A DNA stretch of 64,000 nt from Meiothermus sp. (GTDB lineage: Bacteria; Deinococcota; Deinococci; Deinococcales; Thermaceae). A program made the position numbers and the translations under genes. The stretch spans positions 1 through 64,000 of the forward strand of contig JANRLD010000070.1 in the NCBI GenBank assembly GCA_033762915.1, written 5' to 3'. The notes beneath the pieces are model-generated. The model saw only the letters and a program-made list of their open reading frames with translations, ran no database searches and had not been told where the DNA came from. Positions within the stretch are counted from its first letter, which is position 1, and each line of letters begins with the position of its first letter. Shown here in pieces: positions 39,704 to 50,367 of the stretch.

Positions 39704-40639
39704 CTAATTCAAGGCCTGCCCTCTTCTCCGCCCGCGCTTGTGGTGGTACATGGCCTCGTCGGCCTGGCGTACGGCGGTCTCGAGCTCGAGGTGGCCCGCG
39801 TCGGCCCAGCCCACCGAGACCGGGGGAGCACCGACCAGCACCCGCTCAACCACCTCGGCGGGGTTGTTCAGCCCCAGGTGGAGGCTCAGGAACTCGTCGC
39901 CGCCCACGCGGAACAGCACGTCCTCCTGGCGCAGGTTGTGCTTGAGGGCCCTGACCAGGCCCAGGATGGCCTGGTCCCCGGCAGCGTGGCCGTGGGTGTC
40001 ATTGATGCGCTTGAGGTCGTCGAGGTCCCAGGAGATCACCACCAGCGGCACGTTCTGGCGACCGGCCAGGGCCTGGTAGCGGTCGAACTCGGTTTTCAGA
40101 AGGCGTCGGTTGAAGACCCCGGTCATGGGGTCCTGGATGGCCAGGCGCTCGAGTTCGGTCTGGGCGGACTCCAGGCGCTTGAGCTGGAAGTACATGCATG
40201 TCCCCATACTCGAGGCTATCACCGCAGGAATCAGATACAACCAGTGCCCGTCGAGGTGGCCGAAAAAGAAGATGTAGGTGGCCAAACCCGCCACCGCCCC
40301 CAACGGCCCCCCAAAAATCCCCAGGGCCAGCAAGGGCAGCAGCCCGAAGGTGGGGGTCAGGTTGGCCAGCTCGAGGAAGGCCGGGCCAGCCTGCCTGAGG
40401 AGGTTCTCGAGCCAGTACAAAACCCCTAAGGCAATCATCTGGTGGGCGGCAATGCCCCAGATAGGCCAGGGGATCAGGGGGCTGTAAAGCAACAATCCCG
40501 AAAAGACAAAGACCCCACAAGCCAGGGTGGCCTCGAGGTCGCCCTGCTGCAAGAAGTAGAACAAAAACCCAGTGGCCGACAACAGGGACAGCGCCCAGTA
40601 CGACTGGACAAACAGTGACCAAGGCCGCTTGGTATGCAC
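39704..40639 (-). CDS. Membrane-bound diguanylate cyclase
   Basis: TM segments; DPMTG, INDTHGH, RQED I-site, GGDEF. Confidence 0.95.
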   Translation of the reverse strand: MHTKRPWSLFVQSYWALSLLSATGFLFYFLQQGDLEATLACGVFVFSGLLLYSPLIPWPIWGIAAHQMIALGVLYWLENLLRQAGPAFLELANLTPTFGLLPLLALGIFGGPLGAVAGLATYIFFFGHLDGHWLYLIPAVIASSMGTCMYFQLKRLESAQTELERLAIQDPMTGVFNRRLLKTEFDRYQALAGRQNVPLVVISWDLDDLKRINDTHGHAAGDQAILGLVRALKHNLRQEDVLFRVGGDEFLSLHLGLNNPAEVVERVLVGAPPVSVGWADAGHLELETAVRQADEAMYHHKRGRRRGQALN

Positions 40640-41020
40640 GCTCCGACTCCCACCCTGCCGCTCAAACGTAGTTTAGCAAGGTTATGGGTCAGATCATGCC
40701 CAATACAAACATCATTCATAGACTAGGTCTGCTAAGGAAATTTCCAGGCCCTCTTAATGCCCTCACCCGCGGCTAAATTTAGAAAGGTTAAGGATCCTTA
40801 ATCTCAATAAAGGCCCGCCCAAGAGGCCCGCCAAGGACTTGCGCCCGTGCCTGCGGGGAACGCAGCCCCGGCATTGGCCGGTCCCACAAAGACCCTGGCG
40901 CAACTCAGCGGCCATGCCGACCCACGGGCAGACCGGGGCCCTAACCCAGACCCAAGGCTGCAGCTGGGCGAAACGAAGATGCCGCAGGGCGGTGAGGGGT
41001 CAAGCAGATTTGGCACAACC

Positions 41021-41539
41021 CTAGCGCGCCGTGGCCAGGGCCTCGAGGCGCACCTCGATGGGATCGTTGATGGTGATGAACAGGAGTTGCGGGCGGGTCA
41101 GGTTCCACTCGCTGAAGCTGGTGTTGAAGCGACCGCTGAAGCGGTAGTTGCCGCCCTCCTTTACCAGCTTCCCGGCGATCTGCTTAACTCTGCGCACCCC
41201 GCTGATCTCGAGCTGCCCCACCAGGGTGGCGTCGTCTCCACTCAGGCTCAGGCGCTGCACGTCCATGCAACTCTGGGGGTTCTTGCCGGTGTCGAAGACT
41301 CCCCGGCTGTCGGCGTCGCGCAGCGGGTTTCCGGTCTCGAATCGGGCCAACTCCACGCAAATCCGACCCGAGGCCTCGCCGGTCTGGACGTTCCAGGTGA
41401 CCGAGCCCCGCACGCTGCCGTTGCTCCCCTGCCAGGCCCCCAGGCTGTAGCTGGCCGAATACGACACCCGCCCGGTGATGTTGAACTGCTGGGCGCAGGC
41501 CAGCCCGAGCAGCACCATAAGCGCAATTAATCTAGGCAT
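41021..41539 (-). CDS. YceI family protein
   Basis: Signal peptide, FETGNPLRD, GQLEISGV. Confidence 0.85.
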   Translation of the reverse strand: MPRLIALMVLLGLACAQQFNITGRVSYSASYSLGAWQGSNGSVRGSVTWNVQTGEASGRICVELARFETGNPLRDADSRGVFDTGKNPQSCMDVQRLSLSGDDATLVGQLEISGVRRVKQIAGKLVKEGGNYRFSGRFNTSFSEWNLTRPQLLFITINDPIEVRLEALATAR

Positions 41540-41671
41540 ACAGGCTACGATACGGCAAAGCGGTGAGTGGTGTGCAAATACACCCCACAAATCCCCCTCC
41601 CGCCCAGCCTCCCAGCACCCCTTTACCGGGTTCCTTCTTGCCCGTTCCCTGTCGTGCTCGCCGTGAAGTGT

Positions 41672-43453
41672 TCAGCCTAACAGCTTCGCCACTTCCTCGT
41701 CGGAGATCGCCGCGCTGTCGTCCACCTCGTCCCGCTTCATGGCCCAAGCAGGCATGGGGAAGGTCAGAGGCAGGGGGACGGGAAGCTCGGGCTGCTGGAG
41801 GATCATGGTGCCCTGGGGGAGGATCATGGCCCGCTGGCGGAAGCTGGCGGGGAGGTAGCGGTACTCGGGACGCTCGGCCTCGGCGGCGTCGAGGCGGCCC
41901 ACCACCCGGATGGCGGCGTTGCCCACCACCCGGCGCTCGACCTCCGAGGCGGTCTGCTGGGCTCCGATCAGGATCACCCCAAGGCTGCGCCCGCGCTCGG
42001 CGATGTCGAGCAGGATGTCCTTGATGGGGCTGTCCTCCTCGCGGGGCGCGTACTTGTTCAGCTCGTCGAGCACCACGAAGACCTGCCCCGGTCGGCCCGC
42101 CTCCTTCCTGGCAAAGACCTCGCGCAGGATCGAGCCCACCACAAACATCTGGCCCTGGCTGGACAGCTTATGGATGTCAATCACGCTCAGGTTTTCTTGT
42201 GCCCCCAGCGGATCGGGGCGCTTGCCGGTTCTATCGCCGCGGATCAGATGGCCCACTGAGCTTACGCTCGACTTCAGCCTTCGCACAAATGCTTGAAGGG
42301 TCGCGGTGGCTTGGCGGGCGGTCCACAGCGGGTCGCCTTTGGGTTTCTTTTCGTCTTCCTCACCGCCCTCTGGGCCGAGCAACTTGTACTCGACATAACG
42401 CACGAGCTGTCCAAAGTGCGTAATCTTCATCTTGCCCAAGTCGGTGAAGGTGACGTTGGCCTCGGCTGCGCTCAGGTCGTCGGCCCAGTCGTCCACCAGG
42501 ATGGCGGGGCCTCTCTGGCCGTTCTTCTCGTCCCCCACCAGCCTGCGCAGACGCTCTGCGACGCCGTCGATCAGGAAGCCCAGGTTGCTCATCGAGCCCC
42601 GGTCGGTGAACAGGAAAGGCAGAAAGCCCTCGCGGCAGAACTGCACCAAGTCCCAGTAGTAGGTCTGGGCGTCGTGGCGGCCTACGTCAGGCAGGATGTC
42701 GCCCTCAGTGCGGCGCGGCGGAGCCTGGAAGAGGACGCTCTTGAAGGGCTCAGGCTTCAGGCCCAGCTTGCGGTAGGCCTCCCGGGCCTCATCGGAGAGG
42801 CCGTTGTTGGGCTTGTCCAAGTAGAAGAGGTCTTCGCCCTTGACGTTGAAGATCAAGGCCTTGGTGTTGGCCTTCTGGACGTTGGCGGGGGACTGGAAAA
42901 TCGAGTGCAGCAGGAAGGTGGCGTAAGAGGTCTTGGCCGCCACGCCCGAGACACCGGAGATGTTGACGTGGCCGCCCTTGAAGCCACTGATGAAGTCGAA
43001 GTTGGCGTAGCCAACTTCGCCGTTCTTGAGCACCCCCACCGGCAGGCGCAGGTCCTTGCCTGCGCCCAGCATCTTGTCGTAGTAGAGCGCCTTGGCCAGC
43101 GCGTCGCCGGCGGCCAGATAGACCTTGGAACCGGGGTCGGGCGGAAGATATTCCTCGGGCTCGAGGCGCGTCACCTGGATGTGCGCGGCGTAGGACTGGC
43201 TCACCGGCAGCAGGGTGCGCTGAGCCAAAAACACGTCGGTGTCGAACTGCGAGCCCTCGTAAAGCTTCATCACCTGATCCACCATGCCGTAGTAGCGGAT
43301 CAGCCCCTTCTTGGGGTCGGGGTGCTGGAACTCCACGTAGATCAGGTCGTCGAGGCGCAGATACTGCCCCTGTGAGGCGTCCACCGCCACCCAAAAGTCC
43401 AGCGCCCCGGCCTCGCGGCTGCCCAGGACCATGCCGACGGTTTGCGGAGTCAC
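41672..43453 (-). CDS. herA: HerA helicase/ATPase
   Basis: HVNISGVSGVAAKTS, LDELNKYAP, AERGRSLG; downstream of nurA. Confidence 0.9.
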   Translation of the reverse strand: MTPQTVGMVLGSREAGALDFWVAVDASQGQYLRLDDLIYVEFQHPDPKKGLIRYYGMVDQVMKLYEGSQFDTDVFLAQRTLLPVSQSYAAHIQVTRLEPEEYLPPDPGSKVYLAAGDALAKALYYDKMLGAGKDLRLPVGVLKNGEVGYANFDFISGFKGGHVNISGVSGVAAKTSYATFLLHSIFQSPANVQKANTKALIFNVKGEDLFYLDKPNNGLSDEAREAYRKLGLKPEPFKSVLFQAPPRRTEGDILPDVGRHDAQTYYWDLVQFCREGFLPFLFTDRGSMSNLGFLIDGVAERLRRLVGDEKNGQRGPAILVDDWADDLSAAEANVTFTDLGKMKITHFGQLVRYVEYKLLGPEGGEEDEKKPKGDPLWTARQATATLQAFVRRLKSSVSSVGHLIRGDRTGKRPDPLGAQENLSVIDIHKLSSQGQMFVVGSILREVFARKEAGRPGQVFVVLDELNKYAPREEDSPIKDILLDIAERGRSLGVILIGAQQTASEVERRVVGNAAIRVVGRLDAAEAERPEYRYLPASFRQRAMILPQGTMILQQPELPVPLPLTFPMPAWAMKRDEVDDSAAISDEEVAKLLG

Positions 43454-43568
43454 AGACCCCCCCAAACGGCGGGGAGAGAAAACGGAGGGAATAGGAAAGG
43501 CAAGGCTGCAACGCCAAACCGGTGGGTTCTCTTTCCTCTTTCCTGTTTGCTCTTTCCGCAGTGCTTAC

Positions 43569-44522
43569 TCATACATTCACCCCGTCGAATAGCGCCCCCA
43601 CAATCCTACGCCTCAGCACGTCACCCTGGCCCATGTAGCGGCCCAGCAGCAGCTCGAGGCCCCCCACGGGAATCAGGTTCTGGGGGGCTCTGGGGTCGCG
43701 GGCGGGGGTGGAGGCCATCTGGCAGAGCAGGTTTACCGAGAGGTCGGCGCGGTAGCGGGCCTCCTCGAGGCCCTCGCAGGGGGTCTCAACGCGGATCAGT
43801 CCGGCGCCCGCGTGGAAGGGCAGGGTGGGATTGAGCGGGAGGCGCATGTACCAGGAGAACAGCTCGAGCTTGCGCCGCCCCGAGGCAGGAATGTGGAAGA
43901 CCGGGGTGCGCTGGGCGGGTTCGAGGCGGTTCAGCAAGGCCTCCTTATCCGGGGGCAGGTAGCGCTGCCACATGGTCTTGGCGTAACCGATCACCGGGAA
44001 GTCGGGCGGGCGCTGGGCGGCGGGCTGGTAGATGGGGCCGTCCATGATGACCAGGCTCTGGGCGTCGGCTCCCAGCTGGCTGGCGAACTCGTACTCGAGG
44101 CTGCGCATCACATGATTAACCCGGCTGGCCAGCTCGCGCAGGTCCCTGGCCTGCACCTCGAGGGGCTGGTAGACCAAGCCCGGCCCCACCTCGACCCGCC
44201 CGCCAAACTCGCCGGTGTGCAGGGCATAGCGGCGCACCCAGGGCTCACCCGCCAGCTTGATCTCGGCCTCGTCGCGCACCAGCGCCCCCACCGCTACCGT
44301 GACCAAGAGCGCCCGGCTGCCTCCCTCGTTGGCGATCACCGCGTCCACACGCTGCCGCCCGTCGGTAAAAAACAGAATGCTGCGGGAGAGTCTGCGCGGG
44401 GTGATGGCCTGCCAGGGCGGCTCGAGATCGGCCTCCACCGCCACGGTCGGCTCGGAGTCGACCTCGAGGCCCGCCTGCGGCAGGGCGTAGTCGGGATTCC
44501 AGGCTTCCAGTCTCCAGCTCAT
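43569..44522 (-). CDS. nurA: NurA nuclease
   Basis: FTDG, IMDGP, GYAKT, QRTPVF, DPRAPQNLIPV. Confidence 0.88.
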   Translation of the reverse strand: MSWRLEAWNPDYALPQAGLEVDSEPTVAVEADLEPPWQAITPRRLSRSILFFTDGRQRVDAVIANEGGSRALLVTVAVGALVRDEAEIKLAGEPWVRRYALHTGEFGGRVEVGPGLVYQPLEVQARDLRELASRVNHVMRSLEYEFASQLGADAQSLVIMDGPIYQPAAQRPPDFPVIGYAKTMWQRYLPPDKEALLNRLEPAQRTPVFHIPASGRRKLELFSWYMRLPLNPTLPFHAGAGLIRVETPCEGLEEARYRADLSVNLLCQMASTPARDPRAPQNLIPVGGLELLLGRYMGQGDVLRRRIVGALFDGVNV

Positions 44523-44578
44523 CGGGTTCCACGATACGACAGGGGCGTAATTTGGGCAATCGAGGGCCGGCCCCACGC

Positions 44579-45397
44579 TCAGGTGTTTTGCTCGTGTTCT
44601 GTCCGGCGCTTGAGCACGGCGGCGGCGAGTCGGTCCAGCAGCCGGGGGGCGAACAGGCGCAGCCAGGGGATCAGCTTTCCCCTGGGGGTCAGCAGCAGCT
44701 CGCGGCGGCGGGCGCGGATGGCCTCGGCCATCTGGCGGGCGCACTCCTCGGCACTCATGGCCCCCTCCTCGCGCAGGCCCGAGGCCCCCATGACCTGACC
44801 GGCCTTGTCCAAGCCGCGCTGGCGGATGCCAGTGGCCACCACGCCGGGGTAGACCAAGCAGACCTCCACACCCGAGTCCATCAGCTCCACCCGCAGGCAG
44901 TCGAACAGGCCGCCCACTGCCCACTTGCTGGCCGCGTAGGCCGACCGACTGGGCACCCCCGTCCGCCCGATCAGGCTGCTCACCCCCACCAGCAGACCCC
45001 TGCTTTTCCTGAGGTGCGGCAGCGCGTGGCGCGTACACCACAAGGTGCCATAGAAGTTCACCTGCATCACCCGCTCGAAAATCGAAAAGTCTTCGATCTC
45101 CTCGAACAGGGCATGGGCGGTGATGCCCGCGTTGTTGACCAGAATATCCAGCCCGCCGAAGTTCTCCACAGCCTTATCCACAAGCTGTTTGCAGTCGGCC
45201 TCGAGGCCCACGTCGGCCCGCACCGCCACCGCTTCGGCCCCTAGGCCGCGGCACTCCTGGGCCACCGCCTCGAGCCCCTTGAGGGCCCGCGCCGCCAAGA
45301 TCAGCCGGGGCCGCTCGGGGGCCAGCCGCCGCGCCAGAGCCGCTCCAATGCCGTCCGAGGCCCCGGTGATCACCACCACCTTGCCGCTAAAGCTCAT
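44579..45397 (-). CDS. SDR oxidoreductase
   Basis: TGASDGIG, NNAG, YAASK. Confidence 0.95.
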   Translation of the reverse strand: MSFSGKVVVITGASDGIGAALARRLAPERPRLILAARALKGLEAVAQECRGLGAEAVAVRADVGLEADCKQLVDKAVENFGGLDILVNNAGITAHALFEEIEDFSIFERVMQVNFYGTLWCTRHALPHLRKSRGLLVGVSSLIGRTGVPSRSAYAASKWAVGGLFDCLRVELMDSGVEVCLVYPGVVATGIRQRGLDKAGQVMGASGLREEGAMSAEECARQMAEAIRARRRELLLTPRGKLIPWLRLFAPRLLDRLAAAVLKRRTEHEQNT

Positions 45398-45505
45398 GGC
45401 CAGATTGTATTGCGCCCGGCCCGTCACGGGCGAATCCGCAGCTCGCTGGGAAGTACGGTGGGGGCTCGAGCCGTAAAAGACGTCTGCGCCTCGAGCCAAA
45501 CCCCT

Positions 45506-45736
45506 GTCATTCTGAGCGGATACAGTCTGCCGCACGATGGGCGGTGACTCAGCTTGTTGTACGCGAAGAATCTCCGAAGGGCGAACACACGCCCACTCAA
45601 TGTCGCAAACAGCCTATTACCGCCAACATGGAATGGACGACATGGAGCAGTGAGAGATTCGGAGTTTTTCTTGAGTACAGCGAAGTGTAGCCGTAATTCG
45701 TCGAAGGATCAGCAAAAAGCACTTGCTCAGAAAGAC
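45506..45736. repeat. REP-like element bounded by GTCATTCTGAGC / GCTCAGAAAGAC
   Basis: Imperfect terminal inverted repeats; internal GCGAAGAATCT and GTCGAAGGATC. Confidence 0.6.
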
Positions 45737-45746
45737 GCTGTTCCGA

Positions 45747-46067
45747 TTACGCTAACTTCTTATAATTCTCCAAAACTTCGAGGACTTTGTAGTGCCCTAG
45801 ATGTTTGTCCGGTGAGTCTACAATTGCTTTTACCAAGAGAAGTGCCGTTTTTCCAGCGGAACCAACAGCAAAAAAACCAACACCTTTGGCAAGCAAAAAA
45901 CCGACGATTTCAGGAGCCCCAATCCATGCAGCTTCAATCAGCGGGGTATCACCTACAACATCACGGTGATTGACATCTGCGCCCATCTGCACCACAGCTT
46001 GAACTGCTATCAAGTCCCCGTTATTTACCTTGTCATGCAGTGCCAGATTGAGTTTTTCCTTCGTCAC
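45747..46067 (-). CDS. Small ankyrin-repeat protein
   Basis: GADVNHRDVVGDTPLIEAA; low GC; overlaps the serS stop. Confidence 0.8.
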   Translation of the reverse strand: MTKEKLNLALHDKVNNGDLIAVQAVVQMGADVNHRDVVGDTPLIEAAWIGAPEIVGFLLAKGVGFFAVGSAGKTALLLVKAIVDSPDKHLGHYKVLEVLENYKKLA

Positions 46068-47335
46068 ACCGTCGCCTCGAGCCGCTCCTTCCCGAAATAC
46101 GGCTGTACGGCCTTGGGCACGTTTACTGTGCCGTCTTCGTTCTGGTGGTTCTCGAGCAGCATCACCAGGATGCGGGGGGTGGCCAGGGCGGTGTTGTTGA
46201 GGGTGTGGGCGAACTTCACCTTGCCCTCGGCGTCGCGGTAGCGCAGGTTGGCGCGTCTGGCTTGCCAGTCCAGCAGGGCCGAGCAGCTGTGGGTCTCGCG
46301 GTAGCGGTTCTCGGAGGGCACCCAGGTCTCGAGGTCGATCTGGCGGTACTTGCCCAGGCCCATGTCGCCGGTGGCGACCTCCAGCACCCGGTAGGGCAGC
46401 TCGAGGGCCTGCAGGATACGCTCAGAGTTGTCGAGCATCAGGTCGAACCAGCGCTTGGTCTCCTCGAGGTCGGCCCGGCACAGCACGTACTGCTCGACCT
46501 TGTTGAACTGGTGGACGCGGGTCAGGCCGCGCACGTCCTTGCCCGCCGAGCCGGCCTCGCTGCGGAAGCAGGCCGATACGCCCACATAAGCCTTGGCGAG
46601 TTCGGCCTCGCCGAGAATTTCCCCGGCGTGAAGCGAGTTGAGCAACACCTCCGAGGTGCCCGCCAAGTACATATCGTCGCCCTCGACCTTGTACACGTCC
46701 TCCCGCGCCTTGGGGAACTGCCCGTGGGCGTAGAAAACCTCCTCGCGGGCGTAGGCGGGTACGCTGACGGGGGTGAAGCCGTCACGGCGCAGCTCGTCGA
46801 GCGCGAAACGCAACAGGGCCTGTTCGTAGACCATCAGGTCGCCCTTGAGGGCGTAAGAGCGGCTGCCGGAGACTCGAGAGATGCGCTCCATCTCGCCCCA
46901 GCCGTTCTGGGTTATCAGCTCGAGGTGACCCTTGGGCTCGAACAGGAAGGTGCTGGGGGTGCCGTGGACGCGGGTCTCGACATTGAAGGAGTCGTCCGGC
47001 CCCACCGGCGAGCCCTCCCAGGGGATGGTGGGGGTGAGGAACATCAGGGCCCGGAGCTTGGCCTCGAGCCCGCGCAGCTCGGGCTCCATCGCGGCGAGTT
47101 GCTGGCCGATCTGCTTGCCCCGCTCGATCATGGCGGCCCGCTCCTCGGGCTTGGCCTTGCCCGATGCTTTGGCATTGGCGTTGCGCTCGGCCAACAGGCT
47201 CTCGGTCTGGCGCTTGAGGTCGGCCACCTGCTTGTCCAGGGCCAACAGCTCCTCGAGGTCGAGCGGACTGCCCTTCTCCTCGATGGCCTTGCGGACGGTT
47301 TCGGGGTTTTCGCGGATGAATTTGATGTCAAGCAT
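46064..47335 (-). CDS. serS: Serine--tRNA ligase
   Basis: MLDIKFIREN, GTSEV, FRSEAGSAGKD, RVHQFNKVE. Confidence 0.98.
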   Translation of the reverse strand: MLDIKFIRENPETVRKAIEEKGSPLDLEELLALDKQVADLKRQTESLLAERNANAKASGKAKPEERAAMIERGKQIGQQLAAMEPELRGLEAKLRALMFLTPTIPWEGSPVGPDDSFNVETRVHGTPSTFLFEPKGHLELITQNGWGEMERISRVSGSRSYALKGDLMVYEQALLRFALDELRRDGFTPVSVPAYAREEVFYAHGQFPKAREDVYKVEGDDMYLAGTSEVLLNSLHAGEILGEAELAKAYVGVSACFRSEAGSAGKDVRGLTRVHQFNKVEQYVLCRADLEETKRWFDLMLDNSERILQALELPYRVLEVATGDMGLGKYRQIDLETWVPSENRYRETHSCSALLDWQARRANLRYRDAEGKVKFAHTLNNTALATPRILVMLLENHQNEDGTVNVPKAVQPYFGKERLEATV

Positions 47336-47414
47336 AGCTGGTCTCAGGTCTCAGACGCGGGTCTCAAGGTCTAGGGTTTTCGGCTGTTGACCTATAACCT
47401 GCGGCTTACGACAT

Positions 47415-47702
47415 TTACTCGATGACCCTTGGAACCTTGAACTGCTGCTCGGCCTCTTCGACAGCCACCGACAGGGACTCGGACTGGGCGAGCGAAGATC
47501 GGGGCTCGTCGGGGCGCAGGCGGTTGACCGTCTCGATGGGGCGGGCCATCTCGGGAAGTCCGGAGGTGTCGAGCTCGTTAAGTTTCTCGAAGAAACCGAC
47601 CATCGCCTTGAGGTCGGCCTCGAGGCGCACCTCCTCCTCCGGGGTGACCGCCAGGCGGCTCAGCTTGGTCAGGTTACGAACCAGTTCGGGCGTGATCTCC
47701 AT
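47415..47702 (-). CDS. gatC: Asp/Glu-tRNA amidotransferase subunit C
   Basis: LSRL...LNELDT...LRPD...FKVPRVIE. Confidence 0.93.
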   Translation of the reverse strand: MEITPELVRNLTKLSRLAVTPEEEVRLEADLKAMVGFFEKLNELDTSGLPEMARPIETVNRLRPDEPRSSLAQSESLSVAVEEAEQQFKVPRVIE

Positions 47703-47834
47703 CAGAGCTATTGTACGGGGTGGGGGGCGGCGGGCCAAAAGGGGCGATAGCCCCGGACATATGTACCAGTTGAGTACCAAAGCTTTGTAGCATAGAATAC
47801 CCTCGAGCACCACTAAAGCTCACAAGGAGGCGCT

Positions 47835-49343
47835 ATGAACGGTCGCTGGTTTGGTTTGCTGGCCGCATTGCTATTGGCGATGGGGTGGTCTTTGGCGCAG
47901 AACCCGGTGCGGGGCGGAACCCTGCAGATCGGGGCCGACGCCTCGCCCTCGGGCCTCGACCCCCACGTGGCGACCGCCTTCGCCTCGTTCATAGTCACCG
48001 GTCAGATCTACGAGGGTCTGACCGAAATCGACGAGCGCCTGCGCCCCCGCCCGGCCCTGGCTGAGTCCTGGTCGGTTAGCTCGGACGGGCTGACCTACAC
48101 CTTCAGAATCCGCTCGGGCGTTACCTTCCACGACGGCAAGGCCATGACCGCCGGTGATATCGCCTTCTCCATCAACCGCGTGCGCGACACCAAGACCGGC
48201 TCGCCCATCGCCAGCCGCATCAACCTCGTCAAGGACGTGAAGGCCACGTCGGCCACGCAGCTGGTGGTGGAGCTTTCGCAGCCCTTCGCGCCCATGCTGA
48301 TCGAGCTGGCAGGGATCGCGGTGATGTCGGAGGACTACGTCAAGGCCGGCAACGACATGCAGCGCAGGCCCATGGGGACCGGGCCGTTCGCCTTCAAGGA
48401 GTGGGTGCCGGACACCTACATCCTGCTCGAGCGCAACGCCCGCTACTGGCGGCAGGGGCGGCCCTACCTGGACGCCCTGCGCTACAACATCGTGCCCGAC
48501 CCCGCCACCCGCCAGGTCGGCCTGGCCAGCGGCACCTACCAGTTCCTGCCCAACATCGACCCCTCGCTGGCCGTCACCCTGCGCACCACCCCCAACGTCA
48601 AGCTGATCACCGCCCAGGACCTGGCCTACACCCTGATCGGGATGAACGCCTCGCGCAAGCCCTTCGACAACCCCAGGGTGCGCGAGGCCCTCAACTACGC
48701 CATCAACCGCTCCCAGATCGTGCAGGCGGTCTACTTCGGCAACGGGGCGCCGGCCGGCCCGCTGGGCCTGCGCTCGTGGGCCTCGCCCCAGGGGGCCTTC
48801 CCCTGCTACAACACCAACGCCAACAAGGCCAAGGAGTTGCTGGCCCAGGCGGGCTACGCCAACGGGGTGGACTTCGGGATGATCGTGATCGGCTCCAACA
48901 AGACCGTGGTTGACGCGGCCCAGGTGGTGCAGCAGCAGCTGGCCCAGGCCGGCTTCCGGGCCAAGGTGGAGGTGCTCGAGCAGGGCAAATTTATCCAGGA
49001 GTGGCGCAACTCCAACTTCGACACCTTCGCCTCGATCAACGGCGGGAACGCCGACCCCGACGGCTACCTCTTCCGCACCTTCTCCACCGGCGGCTCCACC
49101 AACGTCTTCAAGTACTCCAGCCCCACCGTGGATCGCCTGCTCAACCAGGGCCGCACCACCGTCAGCGAGGAGGCCCGCCGCCCCATCTACGCCCGCCTGC
49201 AGCTCGAGCTGGCCTGCCAAGGCCCCATCGCCCACCTCGTCTACGGCACCCTCTTCTCCGCCGCCCGCGAGAACGTCCAGGGCTTCAAACCCATCCCCAC
49301 CCGCTCCCTGATCTACCTGCGCGACACCTGGCTCGCCAGATAA
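47835..49343 (+). CDS. Peptide/nickel ABC transporter substrate-binding protein
   Basis: LDPH, ALAESW, GVTFHDG, GTGPF. Confidence 0.95.
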   Translation: MNGRWFGLLAALLLAMGWSLAQNPVRGGTLQIGADASPSGLDPHVATAFASFIVTGQIYEGLTEIDERLRPRPALAESWSVSSDGLTYTFRIRSGVTFHDGKAMTAGDIAFSINRVRDTKTGSPIASRINLVKDVKATSATQLVVELSQPFAPMLIELAGIAVMSEDYVKAGNDMQRRPMGTGPFAFKEWVPDTYILLERNARYWRQGRPYLDALRYNIVPDPATRQVGLASGTYQFLPNIDPSLAVTLRTTPNVKLITAQDLAYTLIGMNASRKPFDNPRVREALNYAINRSQIVQAVYFGNGAPAGPLGLRSWASPQGAFPCYNTNANKAKELLAQAGYANGVDFGMIVIGSNKTVVDAAQVVQQQLAQAGFRAKVEVLEQGKFIQEWRNSNFDTFASINGGNADPDGYLFRTFSTGGSTNVFKYSSPTVDRLLNQGRTTVSEEARRPIYARLQLELACQGPIAHLVYGTLFSAARENVQGFKPIPTRSLIYLRDTWLAR

Positions 49344-49416
49344 GTGCGAACAGCCAAGGGCAGAGGGCCGAGGGCCGACCGCTCCAGGCTCCCTGCCCTT
49401 AACCTGTGCGTCTTCT

Positions 49417-50367
49417 ATGATTGCCTTCCTCTTCAAACGCTCCCTCGACCTCCTGTTCGTACTGTTCGGGGTCTCGGTGCTGGTGTTTCTGATGATCCGG
49501 CTGATCCCCGGCGACGCGGTGGAGATCATGCTGGGAGCCAACACCGAGATCACCCCCGAGGGGCTGGCAGCCCTGCGCGAGAAGCTGGGGCTGAACAAGC
49601 CGATCTTTGTGCAGTACTGGGACTGGCTCACCGCCGCCCTGCGGGGCGACCTGGGACAGAGCGTCTGGACTGGCCGGCCCATCAGCGAGGAGATCGTCCA
49701 GCGTCTGCCGATCACCCTCGAGCTTACCGTGCTCTCGCTGGTCATCGCCATCGGGCTGGCCATCCCGGTGGGGGTGCTGACCGCCTACTGGCGCAACTCG
49801 AGCGCCGAGTACCTCATCCGGCTGGTTTCCATCACCGGGGTCACGCTGCCCTCGTTCTGGCTGGGCACCCTGCTGATCTTCCTGGTGTTTAAGCTGGCCC
49901 CCGGCTGGCAGACCCTGGGCTACGTGCCCTTCGCCCAAGACCCCTGGGGGCACCTCTCGAGGCTGGTCCTCCCGGTCATCACCCTCTCGCTGCCGATGCT
50001 GGCCGGGCTGGGTCGGGTGCTGCGCTCCTCGCTGCTGGACGTGCTGAACCAGGACTTCATCCGCACCGCACGCTCCAAGGGTCTCGCGGAGCGGACGGTG
50101 CTCTACAAGCACGCCCTGCGCAACGCCATGATCCCGCTGGTCACGGTGATCGGGATTCAGGTGGGCTACCTCTTCGGCGGGGCCATCGTGGTGGAGCAGG
50201 TCTTCGCCATACCGGGGATGGGCCGCCTGATCTTGGGGGCCATCAGCGAGCGCAACTACCCCCTAATTCAGGGCGCGATCCTGCTGGTGACGATGACCTT
50301 CGTGCTGATTAACCTGCTGGTGGATCTGGTCTACGCCAAGCTCGACCCCAGAGTGGAGTACGCATGA
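49417..50367 (+). CDS. Peptide/nickel ABC permease (DppB-like)
   Basis: GDLGQS, ARSKGL, HALRNA. Confidence 0.95.
   Translation: MIAFLFKRSLDLLFVLFGVSVLVFLMIRLIPGDAVEIMLGANTEITPEGLAALREKLGLNKPIFVQYWDWLTAALRGDLGQSVWTGRPISEEIVQRLPITLELTVLSLVIAIGLAIPVGVLTAYWRNSSAEYLIRLVSITGVTLPSFWLGTLLIFLVFKLAPGWQTLGYVPFAQDPWGHLSRLVLPVITLSLPMLAGLGRVLRSSLLDVLNQDFIRTARSKGLAERTVLYKHALRNAMIPLVTVIGIQVGYLFGGAIVVEQVFAIPGMGRLILGAISERNYPLIQGAILLVTMTFVLINLLVDLVYAKLDPRVEYA

Noticed and set aside
41672..44522. HerA-based anti-phage system
   Set aside because: The partner is NurA, the known housekeeping repair pair in Deinococcus-Thermus
47871..49763. Long antisense or alternate-frame ORFs (also 32499-33995, 51361-52914, 22137-23570, 30618-31493)
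   Set aside because: Shadows of well-supported genes in high-GC DNA, with no motifs of their own
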